This document shows positions 1 through 5,484 of a stretch of DNA of 26,132 nucleotides, piece by piece. The position numbers were made by a program, and so were the translations under genes. Numbering within the stretch: the stretch's first letter is position 1; each line of letters opens with the position of its first letter. The stretch spans positions 1 through 26,132 of IMG/VR virus record IMGVR_UViG_3300022179_000438; one strand, given 5' to 3'. Source of the stretch: a virus. Its lineage: Duplodnaviria > Caudoviricetes. The notes beneath the pieces are model-generated. The model was given only the letters and a program-made list of their open reading frames with translations. It ran no database searches and was not told the DNA's origin.

Positions 1-111
1 AGGACAATATCTTGCCTCTGGTTGAGGCAATAGTTTCTTTTGACGTGCGCGATATTCCGCCGTATATTGCCTAGCCTTTTGTCGGCGTATATCAGCGTTT
101 TTATACGGCAC
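1..111 (-). CDS. Partial ORF (N-terminus only), possibly a free-standing HNH-type endonuclease
   Basis: GTG at 111-109 overlaps the terL stop (TAGTG). The frame is open to the window edge: MPYKNADIRRQKARQYTAEYRARQKKLLPQPEARYCP. A basic 'MPYK' N-terminus is typical of phage HNH genes, but no catalytic motif lies in the window. Confidence 0.45.
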   Translation of the reverse strand, partial: MPYKNADIRRQKARQYTAEYRARQKKLLPQPEARYCP

Positions 112-1637
112 TAAGAGGCCATCCATCCAGACGATGCGGAGCCTTGACCATAGCTGACGCGGCGCTGGTTGTCTACTCGTTGCTCGCGCCTGGCGACAGG
201 AAATGCGAACGTCACCGCGATAGCGTCCGCTGCGTCAGGTGACGCCAGCCCTCTGCTTTTCATATCCTTCTTGGATTCGAGGAAGATCGTGCCCTTCGAG
301 TCGGGCTTCATCATAGGCCCGATGAGGTCTGACTTCAGATATCTGTCCTTCGGTATGCTCGCGTCCTTCAGCCAGTCTTTCATCGCGCCCCACATCTCCG
401 CGCGCTTGTTGCCATACATCATAGGCTTGGTTGACTTATTGCCGAAGTTCACACCGCGCACCTTGTAGCGCTGCTCCTTCAGCCGATCCACGACGCCTGC
501 GCCGAGTCCGCCCTCGTCGATGACGACCAGCGCGGGTTTATACTCCTCTATTGTATCTATCACTCGTCCGACGACTTCCATCGTGTCGTCGCCGCGATGG
601 CGTCGGATGCTCAGTATGTCTCTGCCCTGCCGTATCGCTATTACGGTAGCGTCGGCACCAAAGCGTGCTGGATCCACTCCGACCACGATGGGCGCGGACT
701 GGTCGGATATAGCGGGACGTTCCATTGCCTCGTCAACCAGCGCGTTTCCGATGAACTGGTCGTCGCTGGCGTTGGGGAACTGACCGTAGACCTCGACGTG
801 CGCGGCGCTGGAGTCGGGGCCATACTCGTCAATGATCTGTTGATAGACGGCCTTATCCGTGCCTTCGACGGAGCGGGCATCGACAATTTTATTTCGCCAA
901 AAGTCTCGCTTGGAGTTAAAACACTCATAAAAGTAACCAGAGTTACGACGGGGGTTGCTGAAGCACAACCAAAAGCGATTAGGGGTATTTTCCGTAAAAA
1001 AGCCCGCTGCAACTGACCAGATACTATCATCAATTCCGCTTGCCTCATCGAATACCAGCATGACACCCGCGAAGTTATGCACGCCAGCATATGCGTCAGG
1101 ATTCTCTGCACTCCACAACCGCCCTTCTACGCCCCAATAGCGCGTTCCCATTTTCAGATCTCGTTCGACCAGCTCCGCAATCCACTTCGCCGGTAGCACT
1201 CTGGTTGCGCTGACCTCGAACCAGTGACTGTGTATGGACATACTCAACCACTTGGTGATCTCAGCCCAGGTGACGCTACGGAGCTGCGCTTCCGAGTTAG
1301 CGGATACGATGGTCGTTGAGCCGATCCGCGTGGTCAGCATCCAGATTGTCAGCCATGACACTAAGGCAGACTTACCGATTCCGCGCCCTGAACTGACTGC
1401 CAGTCTCAGCGTCTCGAAGTCTATCTTGCCGTTGTTAGCCTTGATGTGCTCGCGTAATTCTGTCAGAATTTCCCGTTGCCATTTACGCGGGCCCTCGAAG
1501 TGCTCAAGTGGCGTATTCGGTTTTTTCCACGGGAACGCTAATCTGACGAAGGCCAGTGGATCGTTCTTCAGCGTCGGATTCCACAGCGTCGCCATCAAGC
1601 GCTGTTCTTCCTCCGGGCTGTATATAGTCGTTTGCAT
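111..1637 (-). CDS. terL: Terminase large subunit
   Basis: 508 aa. Walker A SGRGIGKS, Walker B VFDEA, coupling motif SNP, RNase H-like nuclease motifs VGVDPARFGAD and SPDAADA. Confidence 0.95.
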   Translation of the reverse strand: MQTTIYSPEEEQRLMATLWNPTLKNDPLAFVRLAFPWKKPNTPLEHFEGPRKWQREILTELREHIKANNGKIDFETLRLAVSSGRGIGKSALVSWLTIWMLTTRIGSTTIVSANSEAQLRSVTWAEITKWLSMSIHSHWFEVSATRVLPAKWIAELVERDLKMGTRYWGVEGRLWSAENPDAYAGVHNFAGVMLVFDEASGIDDSIWSVAAGFFTENTPNRFWLCFSNPRRNSGYFYECFNSKRDFWRNKIVDARSVEGTDKAVYQQIIDEYGPDSSAAHVEVYGQFPNASDDQFIGNALVDEAMERPAISDQSAPIVVGVDPARFGADATVIAIRQGRDILSIRRHRGDDTMEVVGRVIDTIEEYKPALVVIDEGGLGAGVVDRLKEQRYKVRGVNFGNKSTKPMMYGNKRAEMWGAMKDWLKDASIPKDRYLKSDLIGPMMKPDSKGTIFLESKKDMKSRGLASPDAADAIAVTFAFPVARREQRVDNQRRVSYGQGSASSGWMAS

Positions 1638-2046
1638 CTATGATCTGCCCTTCAATCACGCGCTGTTGCGCTTCTTGTAGCGCCGCCGTGATGCTGATCG
1701 TCTGGTTAACCTCTACGCTGACAGCCTGTTTGGCTACCCAGCCATGTGCGTGCTTCAGCATCTCAAGCGCGGCTTTGCTATCGCCCGCCAACGCCGCTGT
1801 GCGGAGAACTGCGGCCATCTCTGCCTCACCTTCAGCGCGGCCCTTATACTCAGCATACTCCGCAATCGGATCAAGCTGCACCAAGCGCCGATACTCTTGC
1901 GGCGTCATGCCAGCCGCATAGGCCAGAGCATCACCCTTCAAGCCTTTGCGCGCGGCGTCGTAAATCAGTTCTAGATTCTTTTCTGTGGCCTCTATGCGGC
2001 GAGGCTCGTATGGCAGAGACTGGAATGTCATAAGGTTCTTTACCAT
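1504..2046 (-). CDS. terS: Terminase small subunit (start may be ATG 2031)
   Basis: Directly upstream of terL and overlapping it by 134 nt. HTH-like N-terminus (LAYAAGMTPQEYRR) followed by a helical region (AALAGDSKAALEMLK). Confidence 0.75.
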   Translation of the reverse strand: MVKNLMTFQSLPYEPRRIEATEKNLELIYDAARKGLKGDALAYAAGMTPQEYRRLVQLDPIAEYAEYKGRAEGEAEMAAVLRTAALAGDSKAALEMLKHAHGWVAKQAVSVEVNQTISITAALQEAQQRVIEGQIIDANDYIQPGGRTALDGDAVESDAEERSTGLRQISVPVEKTEYAT

Positions 2047-2150
2047 GAGGTGAAAAAAAATAAAAATAAAAAAAGTTTGCTCAATCCCTGTATAGATATT
2101 CCCAGACTGCTCAAGGCCCAGTCCCCCCGTCTTTCGAGCTAGGGCGCAGT

Positions 2151-2520
2151 TGATTGTAAACTTGTTTACATAAACACGGAGCTGAATGTAAACTTAATGT
2201 TTACGTAAACATGTTTATGTAAACAGGAGGTTGAATGTAAACTGTATCATTATGGCACAGTTTACAATCATGCAGCTTTGTTTACGTAAACGTGTTTATG
2301 TAAACAAATGTGTGGCAGTTAATGTGCGCGCTTTGTTCTGTTGGCGCGAGCGCGCGCTTGTTTGCTGTAAACATGTTTATGTAAACAAAGCGGTGCGCAC
2401 TTACTGAATGTAAACTAAAGATCGCTTGGCGGCGCGCACTGCGCGCTCATCATGTAGCTACCAGGCGAGCGACTGCCAGCGCGGGCGCGTCGTGATCGTA
2501 AACTTAGTTTACGTAAACTT
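2151..2520. repeat. Array of GTAAAC/GTTTAC half-sites and palindromes
   Basis: 12 GTAAAC and 5 GTTTAC in 370 bp. Palindrome GTTTACGTAAAC at 2199, 2280 and 2507. TGTTTATGTAAACA at 2212, 2293 and 2374, inverted at 2163. TGAWYGTAAACT at 2151, 2183, 2232, 2405 and 2493, inverted at 2259. Confidence 0.95.
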
Positions 2521-2682
2521 GACGGCGCGCGCGCTTTATGTTACTGCGTCTTTATTGACGCAGCGAGGAAATCCCTGGCTGCGTTTTTGCGTAAGAGAGG
2601 GGGCGAAGCCTGGTTTTTGGCTTTCAACGCACCTCACATCACTTTCAACGTCCGTGTCGCGCCTTACCAAACATTACCAAAA

Positions 2683-2829
2683 GTTAATGAGTTTGGCGAG
2701 TTGGGTAGTTTGGGTAGTGCCCAAAAAGTTGCTGGTAGGTTTTGCGCTGCACTGCACAATAGTATAACAATATTTTTAAATTGATTTTTAATCATATATA
2801 TACCCAACTCGACAAACGGGTTCATTAAC
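2683..2829. repeat. Inverted repeat flanking an AT-rich core (origin-like)
   Basis: GTTTGGCGAGTTGGGTA (2691-2707) versus TACCCAACTCGACAAAC (2801-2817), 1 mismatch. Extended by GTTAATGA/TCATTAAC (2683-2690 / 2822-2829). AT-rich core at ~2758-2802. Confidence 0.8.
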
Positions 2830-2861
2830 AGACAGTTGCCCCAACCCAACCACCGCCAAAC

Positions 2862-2919
2862 CACTACCCAACACCGCATTTTCACTACCCAACACCGCAT
2901 TTTTACTACTCAACACCGC
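2862..2919 (+). repeat. 21-bp tandem repeat (iteron-like), about 2.8 copies
   Basis: CACTACCCAACACCGCATTTT at 2862-2882 and 2883-2903; degenerate partial copy TACTACTCAACACCGC at 2904-2919. Confidence 0.9.
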
Positions 2920-2960
2920 TCACACCGTAAAAAAATATCTTATTTTGTGTAAAATAACTA

Positions 2961-2989
2961 TTGACACTAATTGTGCACATGTGTATAAC
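2961..2989 (+). promoter_or_regulatory. Sigma70-type early promoter 1
   Basis: TTGACA (2961-2966), N17, TATAAC (2984-2989) with TGTG extension. AT-rich UP-like region upstream; AAGGAG RBS downstream. Confidence 0.85.
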
Positions 2990-3019
2990 TCTACAATCAA
3001 ACGTAAAGGAGACTTACAC

Positions 3020-3439
3020 ATGTTTAAGAACGCCCAAGACGCCCACAAATACATCTTCGCTGGCAACGCCACGATCACGCTGCAATCCAACAAGACCGGC
3101 ACGCACTTCACTTACCGCATCCGCAAGAGCGACAAAGGCGACGTGTTTTTCGTGCAGTTGCTGACGGGGCCAGATAACTATTCTTATCTCGCGTGCATCT
3201 TCGCGGATAAGCCTTACCATCTGCACTACAGCCGCAAGAGCTGCGCTGGCGCGGACGCGCCATCGTTCCGCGCGATGTCATACGCGCTCAAGCACATTTA
3301 CGACAACAAGATCCCAGATGCGCTAGAGATTCGCCACGAAGGCTCATGCGGTCGTTGCGGTCGCCCGCTTACAGTGCCGTCATCCATAGATCGCGGCATT
3401 GGCCCTGACTGTGCAGCTCTCATGTGTGTGGCCGCTTAG
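3020..3439 (+). CDS. DUF6011-like zinc-binding early protein
   Basis: Start reassigned to ATG 3020 (after AAGGAG), 139 aa. C-terminal CGRCGRPLTVPSSIDRGIGPDC matches the DUF6011 pattern. Confidence 0.8.
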   Translation: MFKNAQDAHKYIFAGNATITLQSNKTGTHFTYRIRKSDKGDVFFVQLLTGPDNYSYLACIFADKPYHLHYSRKSCAGADAPSFRAMSYALKHIYDNKIPDALEIRHEGSCGRCGRPLTVPSSIDRGIGPDCAALMCVAA

Positions 3440-3457
3440 GCCACACGCAACTTTTTT
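3423..3457 (+). terminator. Probable intrinsic terminator
   Basis: Stem GTGTGGCC (3426-3433) / GGCCACAC (3439-3446), extendable, followed by a T6 run at 3452-3457. Confidence 0.55.
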
Positions 3458-3469
3458 GTAAAAAAGTAT

Positions 3470-3498
3470 TTGACAAGTGATTTGCACATGTGTATAAC
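3470..3498 (+). promoter_or_regulatory. Sigma70-type early promoter 2
   Basis: TTGACA (3470-3475), N17, TATAAC (3493-3498); homologous to promoter 1. Confidence 0.85.
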
Positions 3499-3527
3499 TC
3501 ACATCATCAAACGTAAAGGACACGCAC

Positions 3528-3725
3528 ATGTATAACTGTTACGCCTGGGCCACCACCAAAACTCCTGCCGGATATGTTTGGTATGTGAGCGGCTTTAACC
3601 GCGAGACGCCACGCGAGACGATTGTGTTACGCGAAGGTGTTTGTCTCACCCGTGCAATGGCAACGCGCATCGCTAAAAAACATGTTCTTTTTTACCGCCG
3701 TAGTGTAAAAAAGTATTTGACATAA
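3528..3725 (+). CDS. Hypothetical early protein (65 aa)
   Basis: Has its own promoter and an AAGGA RBS at 3516-3520. Confidence 0.75.
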   Translation: MYNCYAWATTKTPAGYVWYVSGFNRETPRETIVLREGVCLTRAMATRIAKKHVLFYRRSVKKYLT

Positions 3726-3745
3726 CTTTTAAACATGTGTATAAC
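3717..3745 (+). promoter_or_regulatory. Sigma70-type early promoter 3
   Basis: TTGACA (3717-3722), N17, TATAAC (3740-3745); shares TGTAAAAAAGTATTTGACA with promoter 2. Confidence 0.85.
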
Positions 3746-3769
3746 TACAAACATCAAAAGGAGAGTCAA

Positions 3770-3961
3770 ATGAACGGCAAGATCCAAAACCTCAAGAACG
3801 CCTACGCTTCCGGCAACCACGATAAGACCTTCCGCGCTGCCTGCGCGCTGGTCAACTACGACAAGAAGCATCCATTCGCGGTGCTCTCATATCCAGGCGC
3901 AGAAGCAATCGTTGCGCTCGCGCACAAGATCCAAGCAGCCGGTCTGGGGTTCTACAAATGA
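3770..3961 (+). CDS. Hypothetical early protein (63 aa)
   Basis: Start reassigned to ATG 3770 after AAGGAG; begins MNGKIQNLKNAY. Confidence 0.75.
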   Translation: MNGKIQNLKNAYASGNHDKTFRAACALVNYDKKHPFAVLSYPGAEAIVALAHKIQAAGLGFYK

Positions 3962-4047
3962 ACCCCATCGCCACTTTACTCAACCTAGCGACCGCGTTAA
4001 TCGCGGTCGTTATCTTCACCAACCTCATACCAGGGATGGTTCAGTGA
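3958..4047 (+). CDS. Putative single-TM micro-protein (29 aa)
   Basis: MNPIATLLNLATALIAVVIFTNLIPGMVQ; ATGA overlap upstream and GTGA overlap downstream. Confidence 0.6.
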   Translation: MNPIATLLNLATALIAVVIFTNLIPGMVQ

Positions 4048-4241
4048 TCACTTACATATTTGAAGGCGGGTCGTGCGACGCGATACCAGACGACGAGAAG
4101 GGTTTTGAGTTCACGCGAATCACAGCCAACAACGTGAACCTCGATAACGGCCAACTACCCTACAAACTGATGGAACGCATATTGCGCGGCAAGCGCCACG
4201 CGACCCGCATCCTTGCCCTTATCGAGGCCGACCGCAAATGA
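4044..4241 (+). CDS. Hypothetical protein (65 aa)
   Basis: GTG start coupled to the previous stop; MITYIFEGGSCDAIPDDEKG...EADRK. Confidence 0.6.
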   Translation: MITYIFEGGSCDAIPDDEKGFEFTRITANNVNLDNGQLPYKLMERILRGKRHATRILALIEADRK

Positions 4242-4330
4242 AACACGCGCTCTATGTCATTGGCCTAGCCGCCAGCGTAAGCGTGTTGATTCCGTCTATC
4301 TTCATCCTTTTACTGTGGATATTGCAATGA
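4238..4330 (+). CDS. Putative single-TM micro-protein (30 aa)
   Basis: MKHALYVIGLAASVSVLIPSIFILLLWILQ; ATGA overlaps at both ends. Confidence 0.6.
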   Translation: MKHALYVIGLAASVSVLIPSIFILLLWILQ

Positions 4331-4455
4331 GCGATTATGACTACCTCTGTCTGTTGTATCGGTTGTCAACAGAGTCCCTTGAACTCATGCTCAAGCATGA
4401 GGACGACCGCATCAAACGCGAGATGATCGCGGGCGAGATCGAGGCGCGGCGGTGA
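4327..4455 (+). CDS. Hypothetical protein (42 aa)
   Basis: MSDYDYLCLLYRLSTESLELMLKHEDDRIKREMIAGEIEARR; coupled at both ends. Confidence 0.6.
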   Translation: MSDYDYLCLLYRLSTESLELMLKHEDDRIKREMIAGEIEARR

Positions 4456-4748
4456 GAGCGCCGTGGTGGGACACAAGCAATGAAAGGGAAGGCGACGTGT
4501 TCGTGCGTGAAATAATAGCCGAAGTGGCTGATGAGTTCTTGATATTCCCGTCAGACATTGTGGGATACAAACGCGTATCAAAGATCGTGCAAGCTCGTCA
4601 CAAGGCCATGTATCGCGCTAGATATGAAACCCACTCTAGCTATTTAAAACTTGCGCGTATATTCAAGCGCGACCATTCTACGGTGATCTATGGCGTCAAA
4701 TGCTGGGAAGCTAAACTGAAAGGGACTAAGTATGATCGTGCTCGTTGA
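4452..4748 (+). CDS. Stand-alone DnaA C-terminal (domain IV) HTH protein
   Basis: IIAEVADEF...DIVGYKR...ARHKAMY...LARIFKRDHSTVIYGV matches the DnaA domain IV signature (R-D-H-[ST]-T-V). No AAA+ domain. Confidence 0.85.
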   Translation: MRAPWWDTSNEREGDVFVREIIAEVADEFLIFPSDIVGYKRVSKIVQARHKAMYRARYETHSSYLKLARIFKRDHSTVIYGVKCWEAKLKGTKYDRAR

Positions 4749-4816
4749 CCCTATCTACCTATACGACGGTCTAGGAATCTGCTACTGATTGGGGACGTGT
4801 TGACCTCCCCTTGACT

Positions 4817-4849
4817 TGGCCCCGTGTCTACCGACGCGGGGTTATTTTT
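4817..4849 (+). terminator. Intrinsic terminator ending the early unit
   Basis: Stem TGGCCCCGTGTC / GACGCGGGGTTA with G-U pairs, 4-nt loop TACC, followed by TTTTT. Confidence 0.7.
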
Positions 4850-5127
4850 GCGAACTCGTTAGCGGGCAGGATGTCCTCGCCAAAGGTCTTGCGCGGCTCC
4901 TGCATCTGATAGAACCCGTAGTTCAGCAAGTAAGGCAGGACGTGCGGCATCAGCCAGTCCCGCATAGCGTTTGTAGACGCGGCCACGGGATGCGGCTGGT
5001 AAGGCGCTGTCTGGCTGTATAATGCGGCGTCATGTGGTAAGGTAGCCTGGAACGCCTTGACCCTATCCCAGATCGACGCTGTGCGGTCAGGATTAGCGCT
5101 TAAGAACTCAGAGATACTATCAGCCAT
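4828..5127 (-). CDS. Hypothetical protein (99 aa)
   Basis: ATG-initiated ORF with protein-like composition filling an otherwise empty gap; no recognisable motif; weak RBS. Confidence 0.5.
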   Translation of the reverse strand: MADSISEFLSANPDRTASIWDRVKAFQATLPHDAALYSQTAPYQPHPVAASTNAMRDWLMPHVLPYLLNYGFYQMQEPRKTFGEDILPANEFAKITPRR

Positions 5128-5347
5128 GACCGATTCCGAATACGAGCGGCGCTTAAAGGCGCTACAGCAAGAAGTTTCTGCGGCCTATCTTAAAGGATAT
5201 GAAGAGGCGCGGCAACGGTCACAATGGACGATCAGCGCTGCCGTCGATGAAAGCGCGCGGCTGCGCTTGGCACTTGAAGAAGCATTGGCGCAAGTGGACG
5301 ATGAGACAAAGGCCCATATTCTATCAGCAATGCACAGACGCAAATAA
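5126..5347 (+). CDS. Hypothetical helical/coiled-coil protein (73 aa)
   Basis: MTDSEYERRLKALQQEVSAAYLKGYEEARQR...; start taken at ATG 5126. Confidence 0.55.
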   Translation: MTDSEYERRLKALQQEVSAAYLKGYEEARQRSQWTISAAVDESARLRLALEEALAQVDDETKAHILSAMHRRK

Positions 5348-5355
5348 GATAATCA

Positions 5356-5391
5356 ATCATAGTCAGACCCTCCAAAGGGTCAGACCATGAT
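5356..5391. repeat. Inverted repeat / hairpin downstream of the primase gene
   Basis: ATCATAGTCAGACCCT-CCAA-AGGGTCAGACCATGAT: 16-bp arms with 2 imperfections. Confidence 0.75.
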
Positions 5392-5484
5392 CACGGCAAT
5401 CTGTCAGAATGTCAACGACACAACCCTTCCTTACAGGTGTGATAAACGATCTTCGTTAATTCACAGCCGGATAAGAGAAGCGCG

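Noticed and set aside
169-2033. Numerous plus-strand and alternate-frame ORFs over terL/terS (and similar ones over other long genes)
   Set aside because: Shadow ORFs of well-supported genes, with no motifs or RBS.
2198-2387. 28-bp repeats with 53-bp spacers as a CRISPR array
   Set aside because: Only 2-3 copies, the first spacer itself contains the repeat motif in both orientations, the motif continues outside the period, and there are no cas genes. Kept as a non-CRISPR repeat array.
2426-2900. ORFs 2426-2767, 2587-2784 and 2664-2900
   Set aside because: No RBS and they run through the repeat region. MRCWVVKMRCWVV is simply the translation of the 21-bp repeat.
2945-3019. N-terminal extensions in the ORF track (also 3737, 10767, 13188, 13483, 20066 starts)
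   Set aside because: They run through promoters or upstream genes; downstream starts have better RBSs or match the family N-terminus.
4732-4788. 18-codon ORF MIVLVDPIYLYDGLGICY after the DnaA-IV gene
   Set aside because: Too short to support from sequence alone, and it lacks the 4-nt coupling seen in the upstream chain.
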